Shown one piece after another: positions 41,963 to 51,212 of a stretch of 64,000 bases of DNA. The position numbers and the translations under genes were made by a program. The stretch's first letter is position 1. Each line of letters opens with the position of its first letter. Under the pieces are notes generated by a model, which did not search any database, was not told the DNA's origin, and saw only the letters and a program-made list of their open reading frames with translations. The stretch comes from a virus (taxonomy: Duplodnaviria; Caudoviricetes). The DNA is taken from IMG/VR virus record IMGVR_UViG_3300033273_000833, positions 96,001 through 160,000 of that record. The stretch is one strand, 5' to 3'.

Positions 41963-43099
41963 ATGAATCAAGTACCATATCAACTCACAGAAAATTCACT
42001 CACTATCTTTTGGGAAGGTAAACCATATACCTTGCGTAAAGATCATGTAAACTTTAAACTTGCCAAGCAAGCAATCTTGGAAGCAAGATATGATGATCTT
42101 GGAGATTTGCTTGATATTACCAAGGCAGTCGAGAACTTTGTCGAGGGCGATATTGAGGTCAAGGATGAAGTTGTTTTCTACAAAGGTCATCGCTTGCATG
42201 GTGTTGTTGTTGAAAAACTACTCGAAATGCTTCGTGCAGGAATGAAAGATTCTGCTCCACTCACCAACTTTATTTCTCGTTTGCAAGCTAATCCAAGTGC
42301 AAATTCAGTAAATGAACTTTATTCTTTCATGAGTTACAAGTCTCTTGCGAATACTCCCGAAGGTAAGGTTTTGGGCTACAAAGGTGTTCAGAAAGACTTT
42401 TGGAGTACAACAGGCAATGCTGATACAATCGTATTGCAAGGCAAAACCAATGATCGTCACCAAATTCTCAATGAAGTTGGTGCAACTATCGAGGTTGCTC
42501 GCAGATGCGTAGATGACAATAAGGACAACCATTGTTCTTTCGGTCTTCATGTCGGCTCATACGATTATGCCAATAATTGGGCAGGAGTAGATGGTAGATT
42601 GCTCGTTGTTGAATTTGATCCTGCTGATGCAGTATCAGTTCCAACTGATTGTGATTTTCAAAAACTTAGGGTTTCCAAGTACAAGGTGATCTCTGATATT
42701 ACTGATACTCGTAAAGAGTTAAATAAACCTGTCTACGAGGCTAATAAGCCTATTTATGGATCAGATGATGATTTCGTTGATGAAGGCGAGTGGGATGACG
42801 AAGATTATGATAATGATTTTGTTGACATGGAAGATGAAGATGAAGATTACGGCATGGATCAAACTGAGCGTGAGGATGATGTTGTTTCTAAAATTCGTGC
42901 ATATATGAATAATAAATTATTGAACGGAGAAAAAGTTTTAATTAAAAACATTGCTGATTTAAGATTTTGCAAGAGTGAAAGACTGACTTGTGCAGGTGTT
43001 GCCGAAATAATAGATCAGATGAATGATTTTTCAATCCATGAGGAAGATGCAAGGGCAAATGTTCCTGTTAGTCTCAAAAGGGTTGTGAGGGATTCTTAA
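41963..43099 (+). CDS. rIIB: rIIB-like protein
   Basis: NPSANSVNELYSFM, TPEGKVLGYKGV, HCSFGLHVGSYDYA, VVEFDPADAVSVP.D..KLRVSKY. Confidence 0.75.
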   Translation: MNQVPYQLTENSLTIFWEGKPYTLRKDHVNFKLAKQAILEARYDDLGDLLDITKAVENFVEGDIEVKDEVVFYKGHRLHGVVVEKLLEMLRAGMKDSAPLTNFISRLQANPSANSVNELYSFMSYKSLANTPEGKVLGYKGVQKDFWSTTGNADTIVLQGKTNDRHQILNEVGATIEVARRCVDDNKDNHCSFGLHVGSYDYANNWAGVDGRLLVVEFDPADAVSVPTDCDFQKLRVSKYKVISDITDTRKELNKPVYEANKPIYGSDDDFVDEGEWDDEDYDNDFVDMEDEDEDYGMDQTEREDDVVSKIRAYMNNKLLNGEKVLIKNIADLRFCKSERLTCAGVAEIIDQMNDFSIHEEDARANVPVSLKRVVRDS

Positions 43100-43468
43100 T
43101 TGAATAAAAAAATTAAGATAGTCTTTTTCCTATCGTTATTGTTAATGCTATCGGGTTGCTTGACTCCCTCTATGGTATCCATAGGGGGAGTCTTCGATGG
43201 GGATGATATACTTTACTCTCATATATCTGAACTAACAACAGATCAATCAAGAGCAATTTTAATCAGCAATCCAACAGGTGTATTAAGGTATAAGCAAGCA
43301 TTTATAATAGATATGTCCCAAGATAGAGAAGATTTTTTATTGCGTAGAAAAGGTGATGGAGCAGAATTTTGGGTTGAGTATAATATGTTTAGTGAAAGAG
43401 ATAAAAATTTTATTACAAAATTACTAAAACAGATAGATAAGGAAAATGTTCATGTTGGAAGAAAATAA
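43100..43468 (+). CDS. Predicted lipoprotein with an SHD1-like C-terminal domain
   Basis: LLMLSGC lipobox; FLLRRKGDG.EFWVEYNMFSERDKNFI. Confidence 0.55.
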   Translation: MNKKIKIVFFLSLLLMLSGCLTPSMVSIGGVFDGDDILYSHISELTTDQSRAILISNPTGVLRYKQAFIIDMSQDREDFLLRRKGDGAEFWVEYNMFSERDKNFITKLLKQIDKENVHVGRK

Positions 43469-43631
43469 TAGTGGAAACGAGATTGAAGTTTCGGGGCATA
43501 CTGAAGGTTACTCCATTATTGAGGGTTGTATTCTCCAATCAATAGGTGAACAGAAAAAGGAAGCCGAAGAGATTACAATGGAAGAGTTCTTAAATATCAT
43601 AAAGCAATATACTTCCGATAATTCCAAATAA
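43446..43631 (+). CDS. Hypothetical protein
   Basis: 61 aa ORF. Confidence 0.45.
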   Translation: MFMLEENNSGNEIEVSGHTEGYSIIEGCILQSIGEQKKEAEEITMEEFLNIIKQYTSDNSK

Positions 43632-44170
43632 TTTCAAATACAATTAACAATATAATCCCTTTACCCATCCATATTAATAAACTATATACTTATATACTAG
43701 ATCATAATAGCGAATATATACAATAAAAAGATAAACGAATTTTATTTAAATAATTGATTAATAAAGGTTTAGATTAAAAATACAGAGAAGTGGGTTGAAG
43801 TGGGGGAAAGTGGGTGAGTGTGGTACGCGACTTAAATATATAAAAATATAAGTTAAATTAAAATATTGTAAATTGCGTCAAAAATAAAAGAAATAAATAA
43901 ACTAAATTTTTTTTGATATAGCCAAATAACTTAATAAGAAAATTAATAAAGTATAATGAACAAACTACAAATAAATTTTAATCAAATAATTGCAAATAAC
44001 AATATGAAAGATAGCCGACTTAATTTAATAAATTTTTTTATACATTTTTGCGTTTTAGTTAAATAAAAATTTGAATGAAATCGGGCGAAATAAGATGAAA
44101 AAAAATAGAATAAAATATAATAATTAATTATACTAAATTTTTTGTTGAATTCGGGCGAAATAAAAATGCA
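43632..44170. other. Extremely AT-rich non-coding block with short repeats (origin/terminus candidate)
   Basis: No credible ORF; TCGGGCGAAATAA at 44081 and 44151; A/T homopolymer runs. Confidence 0.5.
43787..43823 (+). repeat. AAGTGGG direct repeats with 10-bp period
   Basis: gaagtgggtt-gaagtggggg-aaagtgggtg-agtgtgg. Confidence 0.8.
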
Positions 44171-44201
44171 CTTGACACAAATAAGAATTTAAATTATAAT
44201 T

Positions 44202-45462
44202 ATGGTATTGATGAGCGAGAAAGATAATAGCGTTAGTTACCTTCAGCACCATATAGACTTCACATTCCCCGAAATAATGATGCAGGAGCAAATAAATGAT
44301 GTAGGATGGATAGATCAGTCGCAAATAATGGGCGAGCCACAAATAAGAGCGTTTGCGAGCTTTGAGGGGTCGAATCTAATTGCCCTGTTCCCCTTCTTTG
44401 ATCCAACAGGGAACTACCCTGTGCAGGAAGATTGAATAAAATTTTTTATAAAATAAAGAAAAATAAAATTAATACTTGACTTGTTTTATATTCTATACTA
44501 TACTTATATACATCATGACAATAGCAAAAGAGATAAATAATAAACTTGATACAATATTAAATATTAGATCAGAAATAAAAAAGATGCGGGCGGAACTAAG
44601 TGCCGACTCCGAGTTAGTGAATCCCGACACAGGCGACAAACTGCTTCGGGACGAAGCAATAGGTATCGCCGAGGAAGTAATAAATAAAGTACAAAATGAT
44701 ATAAATCAAATAACAAATAATGGGAAGAATGTACGAAATATTTTTAATAATCAATACTATATAAATGATATGCTACAAGATAAGCAAATTGCAAACGAAA
44801 ATTTATCAAATATAAAAGCATTTATACAGGAAAGTGAGGATAAGATTAAATAAAAAATTTTATTAATTTATTTGGAGGCATAGAGTCCGTCGATGAGGCG
44901 GGACGAGGTAAGTCATCACCTGCATTGAACACTCCAAATCTTTTTTCTTGACAAAACGAAGACAATCGACTAGACTTATAGCATAACAATCAAACAAGGA
45001 GGAAAAAATTATGGGTAACATAGCTAAATGTGCAAGAGCAACTTCAATTATGAACAATGTACAAAGAGGGGCATATGTGGGCATGAGTAAGTTCGCCAAC
45101 TATGGTTCTATTGTCGAGGATAGTATCTTCGCACAACAAAGAGAGGCAGATCGCAGGTTGAAGGAGATTCAAGCCAAGCGTCTCAAAAAAGCAAAGGGGG
45201 TAGCGTAATGGATGCAACAATTAAACCAATTAATAATAAGGTTAGTATGTTCGCAACTGATGAAGAATTATATGAACAATTAACTGCAAAAGAATTAATG
45301 TTAATTAAGTTGGTTAAAGTAGAAGAATATGTAGATGATTTATATAGAGCACATGATTCTGATACAAATAAAAAATTATTTCCACCTGAGAAGAGTTGGT
45401 TTAAAATAAAAGAATTATTAAGAGAGTGCAGAAAAATTAATAAAAGTAAAATAAATACTTGA
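44202..45462 (+). other. Four early-type hypothetical ORFs (44202-44435, 44515-44853, 45011-45208, 45208-45462)
   Basis: Promoters at 44172, 44476, 44948; strong AAGGAGG before 45011. Confidence 0.6.
44870..44939 (+). ncRNA. Candidate 70-nt structured RNA element (three-way junction)
   Basis: ATTTGGAG/CTCCAAAT closing stem, inner GTCC/GGAC and AGGT/ACCT stems; GC-rich island in an AT-rich spacer. Confidence 0.4.
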
Positions 45463-45493
45463 CAAATAAGACTAAATATACTATAATTATATA

Positions 45494-45834
45494 CATAAAT
45501 TGAGAAACAAACTCAAATAAATAAAATAAATTGATCTTTAACATTTTTAACACTTTGGAAGGGCTTATAATCCTTCCTGTGGGTGACTGAACAAACCTGT
45601 CGTAAGCGGGTTAAAGTATGCAGATCCCTGTGGTGGGGATGACAGAGTCCAATCGGATGAGTCAAATGGCAAATACCACGCCTAGTCTGTAGTTCAAAGT
45701 AGGAAACTCGAAACTGAAAGTTTACGCCGAAAAGATGGAGGTATCTCAGAATCCTCCCCCACACTATATTTCCCCATCCGTGTAACCCCCACACATCCCG
45801 CCCCTCTCAGGAATATTCTTGAGAGGGGTTTTTT
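45494..45834 (+). ncRNA. Stand-alone structured ncRNA transcript resembling the manA RNA motif (core about 45557-45763)
   Basis: Own promoter TTGACA(45459)-17-TATAAT; boxA-like TGATCTTTAACA 45532-45543; stems GGAAGG/CCTTCC, TGTGGG/CCCACA, GTAA tetraloop hairpin, ATCCC/GGGAT, GGAGG/CCTCC; terminator at 45801. GGGTGACTGAA.AAAC..GGTTAA and GGTAT..GAATCC recalled from manA RNAs. Confidence 0.65.
45801..45834 (+). terminator. Intrinsic terminator
   Basis: CCCCTCTCAGGA-atat-TCTTGAGAGGGG followed by T6. Confidence 0.9.
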
Positions 45835-45872
45835 GTTTTGACATTTCCAGGAAACCTGCCATACTTATTATT

Positions 45873-46127
45873 ATGAAAACATTAAAAGACATATTATCAA
45901 ACTACGGATACATCACGAAACCTCAGCTTGCCGAGATCGTTGATTATTTCCCGCACATGAAGGTCGTCATTAAATGGGGAGGAATGCCCCGTGAACGGGT
46001 TCATGCTTGGGAGGCAATCCAACGCATCGAAAAGGTAGAGAACGAGGATATTGACTACTGTCGAGAAGTTTTTCTTAGTGGTAAAGATTGCGAGAATCTT
46101 AGAGTAGCACTACATATAGCAAACTAA
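45873..46127 (+). CDS. Hypothetical early protein
   Basis: Start 7 nt after CATACT of the promoter at 45838. Confidence 0.65.
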   Translation: MKTLKDILSNYGYITKPQLAEIVDYFPHMKVVIKWGGMPRERVHAWEAIQRIEKVENEDIDYCREVFLSGKDCENLRVALHIAN

Positions 46128-46315
46128 ATGGAAATTATTTTAGGTGCAATAGTAATTACAATTTGTCTCGTCTGTAAAGAAGATTAATCTTTTTATTCAA
46201 TCATATCATATAATGACATAGCAAATATACATATAACAAATATATAAGTAGCAAATATACAACAAATATATAAAGCTATAATTTAAACAAAAATTTATAA
46301 AATTAAAATTCAATT

Positions 46316-46344
46316 CGTAAAGGGTTGAGCGTCAGTGTTTTGCG
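46316..46344. repeat. 29-bp palindromic element, copy A1
   Basis: CGTAAAGGGTTGA-gcg-TCAGTGTTTTGCG. Confidence 0.7.
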
Positions 46345-46363
46345 GAATCGCCCTGCCAAATTT

Positions 46364-46392
46364 CGCAATTATATGGTATTCAACAACTTACG
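46364..46392 (+). repeat. 29-bp palindromic element, copy A2 (19 bp after A1)
   Basis: CGCAATTATATGG-tat-TCAACAACTTACG. Confidence 0.9.
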
Positions 46393-46419
46393 AATCACAA
46401 AGTAGTTTTTTGCAATTTT

Positions 46420-46448
46420 CGCAATTATATGGTATTCAACGACTTACG
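46420..46448 (+). repeat. 29-bp palindromic element, copy A3
   Basis: CGCAATTATATGG-tat-TCAACGACTTACG; 18 bp before TTGACT. Confidence 0.9.
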
Positions 46449-46501
46449 ACTATTTTAAAAAAAGGCTTGACTTGCGGAAGTTTTCTGTCATAATTGTATA
46501 C

Positions 46502-46879
46502 ATGATCAGAACAAAAAGCGACAAGAGATACGACATCGACTTTAGTAAGAAGGTGTTTGTATATAAGAATCTTCATAAAGACTGTTGGTCAGTCAAACAA
46601 GGCGGGCTTGTCAAGGCACACGCAGACAGCTTGGAGATGTGGGATTGCAGCTTCCAAGTAAACCAAAAGGGGCGGGCAAAAGTCATTCAAGAAAAGCGTA
46701 AGAATGTTCATGCGGGCATTTCAGGCAGGATAGACGATCTTGGTGGAACAATTGCAATTGGCACAGAAGTTACATACAACCCGTACAAGTATAGCTCTTT
46801 TGTAGAAAAAGGCACAGAAAATCCCGTATATTATGCAGGATTTGCATCATTAACCCATAACAGAGTACTAGTAGCATGA
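46502..46879 (+). CDS. Conserved phage hypothetical protein
   Basis: KVFVYKNLHKDCWSV, VNQKGRAKV..EKRKNVHAGI, VTYNPYK; start 7 nt after CATAAT. Confidence 0.7.
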   Translation: MIRTKSDKRYDIDFSKKVFVYKNLHKDCWSVKQGGLVKAHADSLEMWDCSFQVNQKGRAKVIQEKRKNVHAGISGRIDDLGGTIAIGTEVTYNPYKYSSFVEKGTENPVYYAGFASLTHNRVLVA

Positions 46880-48293
46880 AAGAAGAATTAAAAAGAATAG
46901 AATGTGCAATCGACGGAGTCGCCGACGAATTATTAGAACATCGTCGTCATGGAAACATGGCGGATCTACTCAGAGTTATGCGGGACATTAATGAAAATCT
47001 ATGCACCATCAGCTATGAGCTCAAAGAGTTAGTTAATCAGAAAAAAAACCTTGACATTGAACAAAAAATTTCATAGTATTATATCATGCAAGAAACAATA
47101 GATATCACACCAAAATGGTCAGCACTCATTCCTATTATGGTTGAGGTGTTGAAGAGTCCAAAAGCAAACAGCTCAGCAAAAGCAGAAGTCACCGAAGAAC
47201 TACTTCGTCTCGCAAAGATTGTAGACGATCAAAACCAAAAAGCAAAACAATGACATTATCAGAATCAATTATGGATATCGTTAGAGGTAACCTCGCATGG
47301 TCAGATCCCATGTCAACAGTTTGCCTCGATCAACATGAGCGTCATCCCGAAAAGTTTCCACTAGGGAGTGCATTCCAAAGTGAAGATGAATCTTTAGCAG
47401 ATATCATTAGAGACTTGACAGTATTACAAGATGAGCGTAGAATAGAATCATCTTTTCAATCAGCAGAACTATAAAATTATGACAGTATTAGACACACCCG
47501 AACAAATCGATATGTTTCGATTCCTTAGCCTCAAATCCGCACTCAAGCTAGAGTGTCTTGGAATGACTAGAAGAGGTCAATCAGCATATTCAATTATTAA
47601 AGCCGAGTACGGATTCAAAGGCAACAAGAACTCCGTCTTAGAACAAATGGAACAAATTATCAAGGAGTTTAAAAATGACTAAAGCACAGGTTGAATCACA
47701 AGTAGAGAGTTGGAATTGGAATCTCAATATCTTTGAGATTTATGATGAGCTCCGCGATGGGTATACCGCAGACGAGCAAGAACAACTTTTAACTTACGCA
47801 TATAATTTTTTCAATAAAGATAAAATGATGGTAGAACTTGCGTCCCACTTTGGAATTAACATAGGAGAAGATGAATAGTTCAGCATTAGAATATATCCGT
47901 AAGATCCAAAATCTTTTAGAAGACAACGAAGAACTCGTAATCCATAAAAATTCTTTTGAACTTAAAGATGAAGAAAATGAAGAGAATTATGATTTTGATG
48001 TTGACATGATCAAGCAAATGTACGATAATTAAACCATGACAAACACAATGCAAAACAATTACTTAGAAGCCCTATGCGAGGGAAAACCACTCGGATTACC
48101 CGAATACAACGAAGGTACAGAACAATGGGAGCTTTTCTTTGAAGAGAACCACGACGATTGGCATCCGTACTTTCAGAGAGATATAATTTCATATAGTTGT
48201 GACTCAGCTGAGGAAGCTACAGACTTATACAACTATTACAACAGAAACCCAATAGTGGCAGAACCACTAGTAGAAGAAGGAGAACAATCCTAA
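46876..48293 (+). other. Small early ORFs (46876-47076, 47086-47253, 47250-47474, 47479-47682, 47675-47878, 48036-48293)
   Basis: ORF track plus manual translation; promoters at 47051 and 48001. Confidence 0.6.
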
Positions 48294-48529
48294 TGTTAAG
48301 GAAACTCAAAAACAAGTTAGCTGCTTTGTTCAGCTCAACCTATAATGTCGTGTATACTACCGAAGATGGTAGGACGCAAATGTACACCATCTCCAAGCCC
48401 ATGCACAAGCGTGAGTTTGGCAACGCTAGCGAGGGCAAGAGAGTCGTAGGCTTTCGTGCTCATTGCTTTAACCGCAACGGAATTCGTTCTTTCCGTTATG
48501 ATCGTATCATCTCTTTGGTTAGGGGGTAA
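48293..48529 (+). CDS. Small WYL-like (Sm-fold) protein
   Basis: C-terminal GIRSFRYDRI matches the WYL RxFRxDRI signature. Confidence 0.55.
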   Translation: MLRKLKNKLAALFSSTYNVVYTTEDGRTQMYTISKPMHKREFGNASEGKRVVGFRAHCFNRNGIRSFRYDRIISLVRG

Positions 48530-48532
48530 GAT

Positions 48533-48697
48533 ATGCAGAAGCGAATCGAACACTTAAGGCGCCAAGTTCGCGAGTTAGCTCATATGCTAGCTAGCGAAGA
48601 GGCGGAAGGCATTTATTTATCAGAGCATAACGAGCGCAGGTCTCGCCATAATGCGCTACTAGAAGAGCTCTATCATCTAGAGAAACGAGTCTTTTAA
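48533..48697 (+). CDS. Small helical hypothetical protein (not in ORF track)
   Basis: 54 aa MQKRIEHLRRQVRELAHML... Confidence 0.5.
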   Translation: MQKRIEHLRRQVRELAHMLASEEAEGIYLSEHNERRSRHNALLEELYHLEKRVF

Positions 48698-48732
48698 TTT
48701 CATGGTCATATCGTAATCGGTGGTTAGTGTAT

Positions 48733-48760
48733 GCCCCCTCCAATTGGAGGGGGCTTTTTT
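48733..48760 (+). terminator. Intrinsic terminator
   Basis: GCCCCCTCC-aatt-GGAGGGGGC followed by T6. Confidence 0.9.
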
Positions 48761-48829
48761 GTTGGTAATCAACGTTTTATGAAATTTTCCTAAGCGATCT
48801 TGCAATTATATGATATTCAACAACTTAAG
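48753..48829 (+). repeat. Element pair B: half-degenerate B1 (48753-48781), 19 bp gap, B2 (48801-48829)
   Basis: GTTGG-taa-TCAACGTTTTATG then TGCAATTATATGA-tat-TCAACAACTTAAG. Confidence 0.85.
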
Positions 48830-48892
48830 ATAACTGCAAAAAAAAATTATTTTTTGCTTGCAATTAACTCACAATCTGTCATAATTATATAT

Positions 48893-49012
48893 ATGAAAAC
48901 GACAGAGATAAAGATAAGAAAACCGATCCTTTTCACTAAGGCTCGCCCGCACAAACTTAAAAACAAAATCATACATAGAAAGCTGAAGCACAAAAAATCT
49001 TTAATTTCCTAA
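48893..49012 (+). CDS. 39-aa basic peptide
   Basis: MKTTEIKIRKPILFTKARPHKLKNKIIHRKLKHK; start 7 nt after CATAAT. Confidence 0.55.
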   Translation: MKTTEIKIRKPILFTKARPHKLKNKIIHRKLKHKKSLIS

Positions 49013-49057
49013 AATTAATTCTTGACAAAACACTAAAACTCAACTATTATTATACTT

Positions 49058-49906
49058 ATGAATAACGAACAAAAAACCAACAATCTCCGCATCTGTGGCG
49101 GTGAGCACAAAGTAGTAGAAATCGACCAAGTTAGAGCAGTTCAGACTCCGCCTATCGAGTTTCGTAAGGAACTCAACAAGAATGGCGAGCGTTCAATCTC
49201 TTACCAACCGATCTCTCATTCTCTTCTTATTGATAAAACTCGCAATCATCTTGAGCAAGCGGGCTTTACTATCGAGGCAGAGTGCCATAACCTAGCGAGA
49301 AACGATCAAAGATACTTTGGTCTGTACCAAGTTTCTCATCCTAAAAGAGAAGCTTCAGACCGAGGCACTATCGTAGGGCTTCGCAATGCCCATGACAAGT
49401 GCTTCCCTGCAGGACTTTGTGCAGGTGATGCTCCTTTTGTCTGTGACAATCTTATCTTTACCAACGAGGTCAAACTTGCTCGTAGGCATACCAAGAACAT
49501 TCTCAATGAGCTTGACCATGTTATTGCTCGTACTCTTGGCAGACTCTTCAACTTTTGGGTTGCCCAAGATAGTAGGATTGATGCCTACAAAGAACATGAG
49601 CTTAAAAATGCTCAAGTCAACGATCTTGTGATCCGTGCTTGCAAGGCAGGTGCTTTGCCTAAGTCAAAGATCATTGATGTTGTTGACCAATGGGAGAAAT
49701 CCGATCATCCCGAATTTTGGGATAGGAATGTAAACTCATTGTACAACGCTTTCACAGAGGTTTACAAGGGTAACCTTACCGCATTACCTCAACGCTCCGA
49801 AGCATTGCACTCCGTGCTTGACTCCGAAGTGGGCTTTGATTCATCAAGCTTTAAGCAGGATGAGATAATCGAAGCCGAGGTAGTCGGTGCAGGTGACCCC
49901 TTCTAA
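49058..49906 (+). CDS. DUF932 family protein
   Basis: YQPISH, RYFGLY, GLRNAHDK..AGLCAGDAPFVCDNL, SLYNAFTE. Confidence 0.8.
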   Translation: MNNEQKTNNLRICGGEHKVVEIDQVRAVQTPPIEFRKELNKNGERSISYQPISHSLLIDKTRNHLEQAGFTIEAECHNLARNDQRYFGLYQVSHPKREASDRGTIVGLRNAHDKCFPAGLCAGDAPFVCDNLIFTNEVKLARRHTKNILNELDHVIARTLGRLFNFWVAQDSRIDAYKEHELKNAQVNDLVIRACKAGALPKSKIIDVVDQWEKSDHPEFWDRNVNSLYNAFTEVYKGNLTALPQRSEALHSVLDSEVGFDSSSFKQDEIIEAEVVGAGDPF

Positions 49907-49932
49907 GGTTGCTGGTCATATCGTGTCGTTCA

Positions 49933-49965
49933 GCCCCCTTCCAATCGGAAGGGGGTTTTTCTTTT
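49933..49965 (+). terminator. Intrinsic terminator
   Basis: GCCCCCTTCC-aatc-GGAAGGGGGT followed by a T-rich tract. Confidence 0.9.
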
Positions 49966-50041
49966 GCAAGTGACTGAGTATCAGTTAATTGCGAAAATCG
50001 CCTAAGAAAAATTTTAATTATATGATATTCAACGACTTATG
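49965..50041 (+). repeat. Element pair C: C1 (49965-49993), 19 bp gap, C2 (50013-50041)
   Basis: TGCAAGTGACTGA-gta-TCAGTTAATTGCG; TTTAATTATATGA-tat-TCAACGACTTATG. Confidence 0.9.
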
Positions 50042-50105
50042 ACAAAGTGAAAAAAAATGAAAAAAGGGGTTGACAGATGTCCCCAACTTGTCTAGTATTG
50101 TATAC

Positions 50106-50846
50106 ATGATTAAAACGACACTACTCACTTCAGGTAACCAAAAAATTGTCAAGGGCGAAAAACTTGGTTACATCACAAAAGGAATTCACTTAGCTCCAGC
50201 CAACCTTGCGGGCTACGAAGTTTGCCAATGGCGTTCTAAAGGTTGCACAATGGCTTGTTTAAACACAGCAGGTCGTGGTCAAATGAATTCCGTTCAAGCT
50301 TCACGCATTGCCAAGACAAAGTTATTCTTTGAACAGAAAAAAGATTTCATGATTAAGCTTTGCAAAGAAATCGCTTCAACAATCAAATCTGCAAACAAGA
50401 AAGAAATGAAAGCGGTTTTCCGTCTCAATCTCACAAGTGACATCGCATGGGAAGATGTTTACATGAAAGATCCAAACTATAACATTTTTGAATACTTTTG
50501 TGCAGAACAATTCTACGACTACACAAAGTCATTCAAGAGAATGTGTGCTTATCTTGGCAAGCCATTCACTAAAGATGAACAAAAATTTCCATCTAATTAT
50601 CACTTAACCTTTTCTCGCTCAGAGCATAACGATAAGAAGTGCGAAATGGTGCTTGCTATGGGTGGGAATGTTGCCGTTGTGTTTCGCAATCAACTTCCTA
50701 AGACTTGGAAGGGTTATGAAGTTGTCAATGGTGATGATACCGACTTGCGTTTCTTAGACAAGAAAGGAGTGGTCGTTGGGCTTATCGAAAAAGGTATGGC
50801 AAAGAAAGATGAGACAGGCTTCGTACAGGAAGGAGTGGACTCATGA
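50106..50846 (+). CDS. GP88 family phage protein
   Basis: LAPAN..GYEVC, CLNTAGRG, FRLNLTSDIAW, QFYDYTK, NYHLTFS, NGDDTDLRFLD; start 7 nt after TAGTAT. Confidence 0.8.
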   Translation: MIKTTLLTSGNQKIVKGEKLGYITKGIHLAPANLAGYEVCQWRSKGCTMACLNTAGRGQMNSVQASRIAKTKLFFEQKKDFMIKLCKEIASTIKSANKKEMKAVFRLNLTSDIAWEDVYMKDPNYNIFEYFCAEQFYDYTKSFKRMCAYLGKPFTKDEQKFPSNYHLTFSRSEHNDKKCEMVLAMGGNVAVVFRNQLPKTWKGYEVVNGDDTDLRFLDKKGVVVGLIEKGMAKKDETGFVQEGVDS

Positions 50847-51212
50847 GCGATACTTATTACGACTCAGCCGAATCCGTTATGATATCACAAGAGCGGGCAT
50901 TTCAAGAGCTTACAAACCACGGTTGCCAAGAATTCGAAGAGTTCCTGGCGGACATGGGCGACAAGGAAGAATACTCAGCTCAGGCAGTGCTTGAATGGCT
51001 AGGATATTAAACACTTTAAAACAATTAAAAATTTTATACAATCATATGTGGACTACGAAGAATATATTTTTTGCCTTTACCTTTTTAATGAATGCGCGCA
51101 GGACCTGGACGGATTCCTGGAAGCCTTTGACGTTATCGACATGGCCTTTCCGCGAACTTGCAGAGTTTTAGCGGACCAGGGATTCTTTCATAAAGACTTG
51201 TGCTTCAATTAA
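50843..51212 (+). other. Two small acidic ORFs not in the track (50843-51010; 51048-51212 GTG start)
   Basis: Manual translation: MSDTYYDSAESVMISQERAF...; VDYEEYIFCLYLFNECAQ... Confidence 0.5.

Noticed and set aside
44870-44939. Hammerhead ribozyme, tRNA or SAM-SAH riboswitch
   Set aside because: It has GATGA but not CTGATGA..GAAA, has no T-loop or anticodon arm, and shares only a short GACGAGGT with SAM-SAH
45513-45794. 93-aa minus-strand ORF over the ncRNA
   Set aside because: No promoter or RBS, atypical composition; it is the antisense shadow of a GC-rich RNA
45494-45800. tmRNA, RNase P RNA, 6S RNA or group I intron
   Set aside because: No tRNA-like ends or tag ORF, no GAGGAAAGUCC, not a single long rod, and no convincing P7 or flanking exons
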